Source: Octopus vulgaris | Lineage: Eukaryota | DNA length: 64,000 nt | NCBI GenBank assembly: GCA_951406725.2 | Contig: OX597818.1 | Span: forward strand, 48,298,001 to 48,362,000 | Reading direction: 5' to 3' | Shown here: in pieces, positions 14,212-27,414 of the stretch | How the letters are laid out: every line of letters begins with the position of its first letter | Position numbering within the stretch: the first letter of the stretch is position 1 | Position numbers and translations under genes: made by a program | The notes under the pieces: model-generated | What the model saw: only the letters and a program-made list of their open reading frames with translations | Databases searched by the model: none | Told to the model about the DNA's origin: nothing

Positions 14212-15508
14212 CATGAACAAAACACTGGTTATGATAATTCGTTTGGGCTTTGTTTATTCATTTGAAGTTTTAAGCCTCTCTATAACAATAACCAGTATAG
14301 TGAGATTTTTTCATATCCAGTTGTTTTTATTGTCGTGTCTTTGTAACTTTTTCAACAATTAGTACAATGAGCTCTTTTCCAATGTTATGGAAATCAAATG
14401 AATTTAGATTAATTCTGGATGAAACTAAGGGTGGGCTAATAATTTAAGAAAATTTTCACTTTTTATACAAGTATCCTGAGAAATACACTAAAAGTAAATG
14501 AAATTTATACACTTAAGTAGTAGCTAACACTGTAAAAAATATTTTGGTTGCTATCAGAAATGGTTATCGTTAAATTCAGTAAAGCTACCCCATCCTGTTC
14601 CCAGTCAAGGAGTTTGGTCTTGCAAGTTGCTTGGTGACTCTGTTGGTGAGGGCTACCATGTAAAAAGCACTGCTGCTGCTGGTGCCACATAAAAAGCAAT
14701 GGTACTGGTACCATGTAAAGAGTACCCAGTGCACTCTGTAAAGTGATTGGTGTCAGGAAGGGCATCCAACTGTAGAAACCCTGTCAAAACAAAGAATGGG
14801 GCCTGGTGTAGCTCTCAGCCTTACCAACTTATGTCAGGCTGTCCAACCCATGCCAGCATAGAAAACTGACATTAATGATGATGATAAAGATAAGGTTTAA
14901 GCAAGTTTACAATGGTGTTTAATTCTATTAAATCATTTACTTGATCAACAGCAGGAACTGGTATAGTGTGGGTTTTGGCCACCCTGCATTGTATCCAAAT
15001 TGGTTGCCCCCTTAATGTACCTTTCACTACAGCAAAAATACATATAAAATTACTATCCTGTGTGGTCTGCACACTATACTACACCACTGGCAGTAAAAGG
15101 TATAATTTCAAAGAATGTGTGAACATAAAAGAATTGGCTCTGTAGGAAATTTGAGTAGTCATTGTATGAAACTGAGACGGGTTAAATTTTATGATATTGG
15201 TTTTGAAAAACCACTGATCATGTTTAGAGGAAATTACACAAAGGACGTGATACCTGATACACTGGCAAATAAAATCTTGAATTCACTAAGGTATACAAAG
15301 AGATGAACAAGCAGCATAATACTTCAGTTTTTAGTGAAAACTGTTATATGTTAGTATATATATATATAATATGTGAGCATGTATTAAACAAACGGCCTGA
15401 AAATCAATATATCAGGTAGAAAAATATTTCAGTTCTATATTTAAGAGATGAGGAATTATGTTCAATATTTATATTTGATGGATATTTGTCCTCATCTGAT
15501 TTGTTGTT

Positions 15509-15554
15509 AACACAACATTTCGGCTGATATACCTTCCAGCCTTCATCAGGTGTC
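15509..15554 (-). ncRNA. Minimal type-I hammerhead ribozyme motif HHR-1
   Basis: Minus strand: GACAC CUGAUGA A GGCUG gaagguauau CAGCC GAAA UGUU GUGUU = stem I / core / stem II / GAAA / minimal stem III / stem I. Confidence 0.75.
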
Positions 15555-15601
15555 TTGGGGAAATTTTGAAACTGGGTTCTCATTCTTAAGGTATTTTTCG
15601 A

Positions 15602-15930
<329 letters not shown>

Positions 15931-16339
15931 CTTCAGGTCACTGCTTGGAATCGAACTCAGAATCTTGAGGTTAGTAGCCTGTGCTCTTAACCACTACACC
16001 ACAGGCATATGGCGTAGTGGTTAAGAGCGCGGGATACTAACCCCAAGAAAATTTACTTCTACAGCCGACACGTTGTGTTAACAACAAACAAGATAAGGAT
16101 AAATATCCATCAAATGTAACTAATGTAGAAAAATATTTAATTTGTGTGCAAAGATTCCTTTTACTCAGATGTAAAAGTAATTTCTAATTAAAATATTATT
16201 TTAGAATAACATTGTGTTATACAGAATGGTGTCATACCAATGATATGTAGATATGTGTGTAAATTACTTGTTTTTATACCAAAAATGGGATAGGCAACTG
16301 GTTGTGGATTTTGTGTTCTTCATCAGAAAACAATATACC

Positions 16340-16561
16340 TATTTCTTTACTACCCACAAGGGGCTAAACACAGAAAGGACAAACAAACGGATTAAGTCGA
16401 TTATATCGACCCCAGTGCATAACTGGTACTTAATTTATCGACCCCGAAAGGATGAAAGGCAAAGTCGACCTCGGCGGAATTTGAACTCAGAACGTAACGA
16501 CAAACGAAATACGGCTACACATTTCGCCTGGCATGCTAACGTTTCTGCCAGCTTGCCACCT
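16340..16561 (-). mobile_element. SINE family B monomer
   Basis: Same sequence as other B copies; TSD agaaaacaatatacc at 16325-16339 and 16562-16576. Confidence 0.88.
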
Positions 16562-16954
16562 AGAAAACAATATACCATTTAATAAAGATTAGTGAACAGG
16601 CTGAGAGCTAGACAGAATCAGAGACAACTCAATCTCCTGATGGACGACATCAGACCTAAAAGATCCTTCAGCAAGGTGTTAGTTCAAAGAAGTACTAGTT
16701 GATATTGCACAAGTTCAACTGGGAGTTGTTACAAGACCCCATTGTGAGTCACAGACCAGATCTGTGGAATGATACAGTAGATAGAGGCATAAAAGGTAAG
16801 AAATGGATTTGGAAAGGTTGGAAGAAAGGTGGGAGCAAGAACCAGTATTTGGTAGCTAGAACAGAAGTTAGATGATAGGTAGAAAGTGGAAATAGGGAAT
16901 TCACTGTTCTGTGACTAGAAGTTCAGTTTTTACATATTCCTGATTGCAAGACAG

Positions 16955-17150
16955 TATGTCAATGCAAATCAAAACCTATTTTGAGAAAAAGAAACATTTC
17001 TCTATATAATCCTCCATACAACTTTGCATTTGTAACCCCTGTAGCTAAATCTTTCTTTAAATTACTTGTCAAAAATTTATTTCTACAGCAAAAATATAGA
17101 ATATTTAGCACAAAACCCTCAATGCTTGACTCCTTGATTCCAAAAGCATA
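16955..17150 (+). mobile_element. Penelope-like element ORF relic (RT-to-GIY-YIG linker)
   Basis: Frame from 16981 reads LRKRNISLYNPPYNFAFVTPVAKSFFKLLVKNLFLQQKYRIFST, resembling the PLE linker motif RKRNIIWFNPPYSxNVxTNVGKxFLxLIDKHF...KIFN (recalled, not searched). Confidence 0.55.
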
Positions 17151-17569
17151 AATAGTGATATTGTTTACAAACCTACTGTGCAAACTAACAATTTCTTCAA
17201 CACATATATTAGTCTCCCTTTTGATCCTTTTAAATACTACTTTAACGAACATGCCCTTACTTTTAGAAACCAAAATCAAAGTAATGATATCTCATTATTT
17301 TGCTTCATCTAGGAACTGAAAAAATATAAATTTGTCTTATAATCTAAAATGGAATATTTTATCCAGATCAAAATCCTATACTAGAAACAATTGACCATCG
17401 AGTCTTTGTATGTTCAAGAGCTTGGAAATACTATTTGCCAAAGGTGAAATTCTTAATAAATACTCTTGAAGAATTTCTTGCAAATGCAAAGTTTTTAAAA
17501 CTTGAATTCATTTCCAAGATATACTAACTTGACGTCAGTATAACCTTACTTTGTTGTATGTAATTTGTG

Positions 17570-18135
17570 TTCTTGCGAAGACCTGTTGAGTCAAGCGACG
17601 TCGTTGTCATTGCCGAGGACAGTACTACCTGATTGGTACCCATGCTGGTGGAACGTAAAAAGCACCATTCAAGCATGGTTGATGCCAGTGCTGCCTGCTG
17701 GTCCTGTACCGGTGGCACATAATAAGCACCATTTGAGTGTGATCATTGCCAGTGCCTCTTGACTGGCTCCCATGCCGGTGACACATAAAAAGCACCATTC
17801 AAGTGTGGTTGATGCCAGTGCTGGCTGACTGGTCTCGTGCCAGTGGCACATTAAAAGCACCATTTGAGCATGGTCGTTGTCAGTGCTGCTTGACTGGCTC
17901 CCGTGCCGGTGGCACGTAAAATGCACCATTCAAGCGTGGTCAATGCCAGTGGCACATAAAAAGTGCCCGCTACACTCTCGGAGTGGTCAGCATTAGGAAA
18001 GGCATCCAGCTGTAGAAACTCTGCCAGATCAAATTGGAGCCTAGTGCAGCCTTCTGGCTTGTCAGCTCTCAGTCAAACCATCCAACCCATGACAGCATGG
18101 AAAGCAGACAGACATTAAACGACGATGGTGATGAT
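17570..18135 (+). mobile_element. Repeat family C with an expanded ~60-bp minisatellite (~6 units)
   Basis: Repeated tgccagtgct..tgactggctcc..gtgccggtggcac..aaaaagcaccatt units at 17590-17960. Confidence 0.82.
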
Positions 18136-18231
18136 TAGTTTGTTTCAATCTGACCATCACTTTGATTCATTTTACACAGCAGCATCCAACAAACATACTG
18201 ACCACCCCAATTAAAGACTTTAACCATTTTC

Positions 18232-18678
18232 TATTTCTTTACTACCCACAAGGGGCTAAATACAGAGGGGACAAACAAGGACAGACAAACAGATTAAGTT
18301 GATTATATCAACCCCAGTGTGTAACTGGTACTTATTTAATCAACCCCGAAAGGATGAAAGGCAAAGTGGACCTCGGTGGAATTTGAACTCAACGTAAAGA
18401 CAGTCAAAATAGCGCTAAGCATTTCGCCCGGCGTGCTAATGTTTCTTATTTCTTTACTGCCCACAAGGGGCTAAACACAGAGGAGACAAACAAGGACAGA
18501 CAAACGGATTAAGCTGATTATATTGACCCCAGTGCGTAACTGGTAGTTAATTTATCAACCCCGAAAGGATGAAAGACAAAGTCGACCTCGGCGGAATTTG
18601 AACTCAGAACGTGGCGGCAGACGAAATACGGCTACGCATTTCACCCAACGTACTAACATTTCTGCCAGCTCACTGCCT
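18232..18678 (-). mobile_element. SINE family B dimer
   Basis: Two units; the second retains part of the head; flanking direct repeat tttaaccattttct. Confidence 0.85.
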
Positions 18679-19704
18679 TTAACCATTTTCTTTAAAGTAA
18701 TAACCTGCAATCTTCACTTTATTCTGCAACTTTTTTTTTTTACACCTCATATATATATACTTTATATATTAATTTTCCTACTGTTGCACTTTCATCTATC
18801 TATATATAACTCTCACTTATCTACATTTACTCCCACCACACGGCTAGCATGATTGTTTATCTAATTATCATTTATCTATCACGCATTTATCATTTATGTA
18901 TTATTAACTGCCTCATGTAATTCTTTTGTATATTTACTTATATTTCTACCTATGAACTTTCTCCACGTGTTTTCTTTTGCTTCTGTTACCCATTCCAAAT
19001 TTGGAAAACACTTCAATTAAGAAAGTTTATCACTACCTCTAATTTCCTTTAACACGTCACTTTAATTAGGTATCTGCTACATTATTATATTAACACAGCT
19101 ATTATAAATTGGGCGTGTGTATGTATTTATCTTTTACTTGTTTTAGCCATTAGACTGTGGCCATGCTGGAGCACCGCTTTGAAGGATTTTAGTCAAACAA
19201 ATCGAACGGAGGACATAATTTTTTTAAAAGCCTAGCACTTATTCTATCAGTCTCTTTTGCTGAACTGCCAAGTTACAAGGATGTAAACACACCAACACCA
19301 GTTGTAAAGTAATAGTGGGGTAACGCACACAAATATACACATTGCAGGCTTCTTTCAGTTTCCATCTACCAAATCCACTCGTAAGGCTTTTGTCGAACCG
19401 AGGCTGTTGTAGAAAACACTTGCCCAAGGTGCCATCCAATGTGTATATATGTATATATACACACACAATATATTGTTTTTGACAGGTTTTTAAAAAAAAT
19501 TTATTTGTATTCAGTTTTTACCTTGGAACTATGTTAACAGATTAATTTACATCGTTACCAGCTTTCCATTTTCTCAACTTTTATTGAATAATACTTATAA
19601 TAATCCTATACATATCGTCAAGACTTCCCTCAAACGAGTTGTAGATTAAACCAGTGAAATTTTTTAATATATTAATCTCTTATGAGGATGACGTCCTGAA
19701 TTAC

Positions 19705-19737
<33 letters not shown>

Positions 19738-20000
19738 CTAAAAAATAAATGCACCTTTTTATAGCCTAGCCAGGCTCATGGGCCCGATTTCCCAGTTTCA
19801 ATGGTGTATGTGTTCCCCAGCTGGACAGGACGCCAGTCCATTGCAGCGTTACTCATTTTTGCCAGCTGAATGAACTGGAGCAACGTGAATGAAGCTCAAG
19901 AACACAACACATCGCCCGGTCCAGGAATCGAAACCACAATCTTACGATCATGATGCTGACACCCTAACCACTAAGCCACACGGCTCCACGATATACATAC

Positions 20001-20035
<35 letters not shown>

Positions 20036-20751
20036 TATATTGTTTCTGTGTCATATTCACTATTCCTATCATGTCCCCACTCTCATCATTATTATTATTG
20101 GTTTATGAAGATTTGTGACTCTTCACAGAGGTAAATACACAATAAGAAAAGCAGAATATGATTTGTAATAAAGTTTGACTCTTTTAATTGAATTGAACAT
20201 TTCAACAGTATGTCTGTCTTCCTTAAACTCAAAACGAAAAATACACAGAAATTCAGAATTTGAACTGGAATATCTTGCATTCCTTTCTAGATAAAAACTG
20301 TCATCAATTTTTGCTTTTTCATAACTAGAGAAAGAAAAAAGCAGGGAAGAGAACATTTAGTCAAAACGTTTCGTGTAAATGTGATGGAATTCTGTCATTT
20401 TGTTAATTCTTCCAGGTGTGACATTAGTGATTCACAAATGTATTTATCCTCACATGTTTTGAGGGTTGAGAGTGTGTACTTTCTGGTGTTCCTCAAAATT
20501 TACTGCTGTTTGATTTAAAATGTCCAAGTTCTGTCAAACTACAGTTATTGTACTTGATGTCACACCTTGATGCCCATTGAATCTTAAAATTTTTCTGATG
20601 TGCAATCTACACAAATCAAGTTGTCTTTGCATTCTGTTGTGTACATGAAATGGGAATCTTTACTATTCTCACTATCTGTATAAATCATAACATTTCTGTT
20701 ATTTGTAATGGAATTAACTTGACTCATGTTGTTACACAATGGGTTTACTTA

Positions 20752-21149
20752 ATTGTTTCAGTCATTTGACTGCGGCCATGCTGGAGCACCGCCTTTTTTT
20801 TTAGTCGAGCAAATCAACCCCAGGACTTACTCTTTGTAAGCCTAGTACTTATTCTATCGGTCTCTTTTGCCAAACCGCTAAGTAACGGGGATGTAAACAC
20901 ACCAGTATCGGTTGTCAAGCGATGTTGGTGGGGGACAAACACAGACACACAAACACACACACATATATATACATATATATATAGACGACGGGCTTCTTTC
21001 AGTTTCCGTCTACCAAATCCACTCACAAGGCTTTGGTCGGCCCGAGGCTATAGTAGAAGACACTTGCCCAATGTCCCACTCAGTGGGACTGAACCCGGAA
21101 CTGTGTGGTTGGTAAGCAAGCTACGTACCACACAGCCACTCCTGCACCT
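20752..21149 (-). mobile_element. SINE family A
   Basis: Full-length reverse copy. Confidence 0.86.
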
Positions 21150-22571
21150 ACTTGTAGAATTTTTTTATTGGGATTGGAGGTTAGTGGTTTATAGTTCTCA
21201 TATTCTTATTGCATCTAAAGGTTATAATAAGCAGACGAGGAAATTTTTCAGAGAACTATCCGTTAGATGTGCAGTGTCAGTGTGCATGTAGGTCAAAGTG
21301 CTAATGTAGTGAAAGAAAAGTTAGGTATATGCGGAATTGGATGTAGTGTGCTGGTTTGGTTGTGTGATGCATATGGATAAGGGCAGTTGCATAAGAAGTG
21401 CTGCTTGCTTAAAGTGGAAATTACTTGTGGAAGGAGGACACCTGAGAAGACATGGCACGAAACATTAAAGGTTGTTGCTGAGATGACAGAGGATGGAGAA
21501 AATTGGTGATTTTCTATGCTCAAAAAGACCCTTCCATCAGAGCAAAAACGAAGTCCTTGAACCACTTGTATGTGCTTGTATGCGTGGGGGCCCTTCCCAC
21601 ACTCCTCCCTCTGCCCCATCAAGCATTTCTCTCATTTCTCATCTCCTAGCACCTATCATTCCCCCATCTGTGGTCCTACTCAGCTGCTATAATCAACATA
21701 TTACATCCGGTCCCTTCTGGTGGTTACATCACTTTCCATGAACTACTTCCATCCCTCCTTATCGTCCCTGCCCATACTATTTCTATCAATCGCCTTGCTG
21801 GGCCTCCAGCCACTGTTCTCTCCACTCTGCTATACTCCATGCTTAACACCTCCCTTTGCTCCTAAGCCGCTCTTATATCTCTCATCTTACTCCTCCCCAT
21901 GCTTGTATTTCCCTTCAACTGCACCTCCACCCTTGTTCATCACTTACTATATTCACCCCTACCCCCATCATTAACCATTTGTCACTCACCCCTCACCAGC
22001 TTATGAAAGTGTCCGTGCTCTCATCCATTCCCATGATCCAGTCCATCTTATGCTCTCTCTCGTGTACCTTGAGAATTTGTTCTAGTACCTCATTACTACT
22101 CTCCTTTTATCTCCTTCAGCTATGTGTCTCATCTACTGCTAGACACCTGTGCTTGCCCTTCTACCATACTTTAGCCTTTCAACTCCTGGCATAAAGCCAT
22201 CCACCTCCCTTCTTAATAGTGGAAGCTTTTCCCTTTTCTCTCTCTCTCTCACACACACAAGTTTACATGGCAACCTCACCAGTGCCAGTGTTACAAAAGA
22301 AGCACCCATTACACTCTTCAAAGTGGTTGGTGTCAGGAAGGACATCCAGCCATAGAAACCATGCCAAAACAAGCAATTAGAGCTGGATGTGGCCCTGCAG
22401 CTTTCCAGATCTTGTTAAACCAACAGACTAATGCCAGCATAGAAATGAATATATGATGATGATGATGATGTCTTCAAAGGCACAGAACTAGATGATGTTT
22501 GTGGCCAGGAAGTGTCAACAAAACTTCACCATCTATAGTTCAATACTTTTTATATCAAATGAGGAAAGTAA

Positions 22572-22614
<43 letters not shown>

Positions 22615-22754
22615 ATGGGCTTTTGTACAGTTTCTGCCTATCTATTTCATTTGCAAGACATTGGTCAGTCCGAGGCTGCAGTAGAAGAAACTTGACCAAA
22701 ATGTATGACATTTTGTAATGCCTCAATGATATACATGTATACATACATATACAG

Positions 22755-22797
<43 letters not shown>

Positions 22798-23782
22798 CCT
22801 GCTCGCTTAGCCAGCAGGGTGGCGTCATTTGAAGGCTAAAACAATGCGAAGTGCATTGTGACCAGCGATGTGTAGCAACATCTGATAGCCTGGTTGGTCA
22901 CGGTGATATATATATATATATATATTACTATCCTCTTCATCACTCACACACACACTTCATCTTCTTCCCCAATTTTCTTACTTCCGCCACCACAACCATT
23001 ATCATACCAATCCCATCTTTCTATTTATATATTGTTTTATCTCCTCTTCTGCTCTAATGTCATTTTCATTCCATTATTTGTCATCATTATCAGCATCACC
23101 ATCAGCACTTAACACAATTTCCTCTGCCAATAATGATATAAAGACTGCCTCTATTCTTGTTCATCAGTTCCCTTCTTGTTCTTGAATAAAACAAAATATT
23201 ATTAGACTCACTGTTTTAATAAGGTGTGTGTGTGTGTGTTAACAGTTGAATCGTAAACTTTCAATGTAAACAAGGAAAATTCTGTGGTATAATCCACTTT
23301 TCAATTTGAATGTTCGTATATACAGAAATAAGGAGTTTCTGCAGTTAGTTTCTTAAATCCTTTAGTATTTTGCCCCAAGATAGAGTTGGATAATGACTCT
23401 TAATTAAGTTTGTACATCAGAGCAACAGTAAGTGAACTTTAAGGTGAGACATTACTTGCACAGATATTTGTTAGTCATCTTGCACAAGAAATTTTCAATG
23501 TGTGCTTTTGAGATATTTGGAAATTGAGAGAAACTATTGAGTGTACCTTTAATATAACCTGTTTTATTCTTGCTTTTGTGAGTAGTTATGAACATGGTAA
23601 CTGTAGAAATTGTCATCTTTGCTGAAGATGGGAAGAGCTTGAATTCCTGAAATGATATTCTTAATAACTGTTTTTAAGCAAAATATTCGGCTCCTTCTAA
23701 AACCTCCCAAGTAGCCACACAAAACCTTTCAAATACTTCCTCAATATTCATGTGCACTTGCCAACAAAAGATATTAAACTCT

Positions 23783-24267
23783 GCTTGCGAAGACTTGTTG
23801 AGGCAAGTGAAATCAAAATCAAATTCGATGACTGGCATCCGCGCTAGTGGAGCGCTAAGAGAACCATACGAGTGAGATCGGGGCCAGAGCAACAAGCTGG
23901 CCTCTGAGCCGATGGCATGTAAAAAAAACACCTGCATCGCCTACTAGCACTTGTGCTGGTGGCATGTGAAAAAACATTCAAGCAAGATCGTTGCCAGTGC
24001 TGCTGGACTGGCTACTGTGCAGGTGGCACGTAAAAAGCACCATTTGAGTGTGGCCACTGCCAGTACCGCCTGACTGGCCCTCATGCCAGTGGCACATAAA
24101 AGCACCCACTACACTCTCAGAGTGGTTGGTGTTAGGAAGGGCATCCAGCGGTAGAAACTCTGCCAGATCAGATTGGAGTCTGGTTCGCCAGACCTCAGTC
24201 AAATCGTCCAACCCATGCTAGCATGGAAAGCAAACGTTAAACGACGACAATGATGATGATGATGATA
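23783..24267 (+). mobile_element. Repeat family C
   Basis: Same architecture, including the 5' ttgcgaagac..ttgaggcaagtgaaatc segment. Confidence 0.8.
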
Positions 24268-25074
24268 AACTAGATACTATCACACACCTTAAACTCATGT
24301 TAGGTAACTGCACCAAAACATACAACAGAAAAGCTAGACAACCCTACCCTCAATACAATCACTAAAAACTGAAAGTAGAATGAGCTGCCATTACATTTAT
24401 AAATTTAGAAAACATATAATAGTTAGCATATTTGACATCCCATGAAATCTAAGTTCAGCTGAAACCTATCCTTGTAGAAAGCCAAGAGGAAACCATTTTC
24501 TGTATTTCCTAGCATAACACAAATATAAACATCATCATTATCATCATCATTTTAACATCCTCTTTTCCATGCTCGCATAGGCCGAATGGAATTTGTTGAG
24601 GTGGATTTTTTACAGTCAGATGCCTTCCCTGTTGCTAACTCTCGTTTGTTTCCAAATAGGTGATATTTCTCCATGGTCAGACTTGTTTTCGTGAAAGATT
24701 GGAAATGGACACTGCTTGTACGATGATGACACTCGTATACAACTATCATGCAATGTCAAGATAAGGAGACACTTCTGCACATGCACGCACACACGCACAC
24801 ACTCACCTCTCACACGCGCACACACATGCACACACACATACACATCTACTCTGTTCCCTAGTTTTTGAATGTCTGGATTTTATCTGCTCCATTTACCTTT
24901 ACATATATACATGTATGTATTATGTATGTGTGTGTGTGCATACATATATAAAAATATATTCATGTATTATGTATGTGTATATGTGTGTATGTGTATTCGT
25001 ATATAAATGTATATAGATATATTCCGCCATAATAGATTGCTGGCCTCTCACATTCTTTATTTTCTCTACTTGAT

Positions 25075-25112
25075 TCTTTCTGTGGAAGAGCGTAGGCTCA
25101 AAACATTAAAGA
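25075..25112 (+). ncRNA. Degenerate minimal hammerhead motif HHR-2
   Basis: UCUUU CUGUGGA A GAGC guag GCUC AAAACAUU AAAGA; stems I and II are perfect; GAAACGUU appears decayed to AAAACAUU by two CpG>CpA changes; core position 6 is also non-canonical. Confidence 0.5.
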
Positions 25113-25620
25113 CTTTTTCACTTCCCGAGTTTTATACTAATACATCTGTTGTTGTCTACACCACCTGTCTTCGTCTTTTGTTTTTTTGTGAATTCTCCCT
25201 ATGTATATATATACACTGGCCTGCTTGCCTTGCCAGTGGGGTGGAATCATTCAAAAGCTAAAACAATGCAAAGTGTGACTAGTGATGTATAACACCCAAT
25301 GGTGTGGTCGATTACATGGTACATACTTACACATACGCATGACTGGTTTCATTAAGCTTCCTTCTACCAAATCCCCTCAGAAGGCTTTGGTTAGACCAGG
25401 GCTGAATCTTTTATCTCTTACTTGTTTCTGTCATTTGACTGCAGCCATGCTGTGGCACTGCCTTGAAGGGTTTTAGTCAAACAATTTGACCCCAGGACTT
25501 TTTTTCGGTTTTTTAAGCCTAATACTTATTCTATTGATCTCTTGCTGAACTGGTAAAATATAGGGACATAAACATACCAACACTGGTTTTCAAGCAGTGG
25601 TGAAGGACAAACACAAGCAT

Positions 25621-25842
25621 AGGAAGGTCACGCGGCATTGCAGTTTGATGTTGGTATATCAGTAACAACAGTTACTTGGAGGTGTTTGGATATTCCTCAG
25701 TGAGTATGTTAGTGGTTGTCTCTGCACTGCAAACTGTTGGTCAGACATTCGCTAATGGAGAGACAATCACTCCCATATTCACTGAGGAGTAACTGTTGTT
25801 GCTGGTATACCAGCATCAAACCACAACACTGCATAACATTCT
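25621..25842. repeat. Imperfect fold-back (probable old MITE or RNA hairpin)
   Basis: Arms 25643-25676 + 25695-25723 pair with 25759-25821; weaker pairing extends outward. Confidence 0.8.
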
Positions 25843-26110
25843 TCGACCAATCGCAGCCCACCTTATGGTAATAACAATCAACTTCTCTTGTTCAAATTCA
25901 AAATGGTTGAAGATTAGCCTCACACTTGGAACTTGGAGTACCGACAAATTTAAATCAAACTGTTTTGATCCATACATGAAACTGCCAATAAATGTGTTGT
26001 GCCCTTCTTTCATTTGTCCACTCACTCGTGTGTGTGTGTGTTGTGACCTCATGAGCACCGCCAGCGATTTTTTTTTCTCTGTCTTCCCTTCTCGGGATCT
26101 TTCCTTCTAT

Positions 26111-26145
26111 GTTTCCGACGAAGAGCTCCGCTCGAAACGTTAAAC
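26111..26145 (+). ncRNA. Minimal hammerhead motif HHR-3 (U4C variant)
   Basis: GUUU CCGACGA A GAGC ucc GCUC GAAACGUU AAAC; perfect stems I and II; palindromic AACGUU stem III. Confidence 0.68.
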
Positions 26146-26255
26146 CCTCCTTCTTCCCTTCTTTCCTGAGCGTCCAATAATACTTTATTTGTTCCACGTC
26201 CTCGTGTTGCTGTGTTTTTTTGTGTTTTCTTGTTTGGATTAACTTTATATATATA

Positions 26256-26657
26256 TACTCTCTTTTTACTGTTTTATTTGTTTGTCATTTGACTGTGGCC
26301 ATGCTGGAGCACTGCCTTTAGTCGAGCAAATCAACCCTAGGACTTATTCTTTGTAAGCCTAGTACTTATTCTATTGGTCTCTTTTGCCGAACTGCTAAGT
26401 TACTGGGACGTAAGCACACCACCAAGGTTTGTCAAGCAATGTTGGGGGGACAAGCACAGACAAACAAGCATATACACACACATACATATATACGAAGGGT
26501 TTCTTTCAGTTTCCGTCTACCAAATCCACTCACAAGGCTTTAGTTGACCTGAGGCTATAGTAGAAGGTACTTACCCAAGGTGCCATGCAGTGGGACTGAA
26601 CCCGAAACCATGTGGTTGGTAAGCAAGCTACTTACCACACAGCCACTCCTATGCCTA
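26256..26657 (-). mobile_element. SINE family A
   Basis: Full-length reverse copy. Confidence 0.86.
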
Positions 26658-27414
26658 AATATATATATATATATATATATTTATAAATTTGTTATAAAAT
26701 ATTGATGTAAGGAAAATAGACTTTAAATGATGATGAAGAATAAAAATATGATGATGAAGAATAAAAATAAAACAAATGGAATATCTTGTTATGGGAAGTA
26801 TCGGTTGAATTCTTGTAGCCTACATTATCAAAGCTGTTTCTCTCATTATCCCCAATCTCTTTGTTCCTGCTGTTCTCCATTTACAAGTCTTGGTGCAAAT
26901 AACCTTCAATAATGTGAAGGCCATTGCTAGTTCCATATTTTTTAAAGATCATCATTATTATTATTATTATTATTATCCTAATAAAAATTTCTCTACGGTC
27001 TTAACCCACTGACACACCTGTGAAAATATAGGTTGTGTAATCTAGCTCATGGTTATCAGTTGGTACATCAGACCAACTATATACATCTATGTCATTAATC
27101 ACGTATGACATTTTTTATGGTTTATTAACCGAAATGACCGATGGTTTAATTACCTAGTGGAGTGACTCAGTAATTACGTGTTATTTTCATATAATAATTA
27201 TGGATACTTGCAGGACCCTTGGAAATTCCACAATGTAAGTCGGCTTAACATTATGTCAATATAATTAAAATACAAGTAAAGAATTTCAAAACGATTCTTT
27301 TGAAATCCTGCCATATAACCAAAACTGTACTTTTGAATATTAGCAAAATGAACTTAGAAGGTGTTGTTTGTTTTTCTTCTTTTAATGTTTGACTGTATGA
27401 TGTGCTTTATAGTT

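Noticed and set aside
14990-15306. GIY-YIG relic (CPLN..C..C) next to the ribozyme element
   Set aside because: Similarity is too weak to support by eye; needs a profile search.
16959-17279. 106-aa minus-strand ORF as a host gene
   Set aside because: No recognisable domain; the opposite strand carries the PLE-like motif.
19672-19705. Possible hammerhead (cttatga-gga..tcc-tgaa)
   Set aside because: Core and GAAA do not match and there is no convincing stem I.
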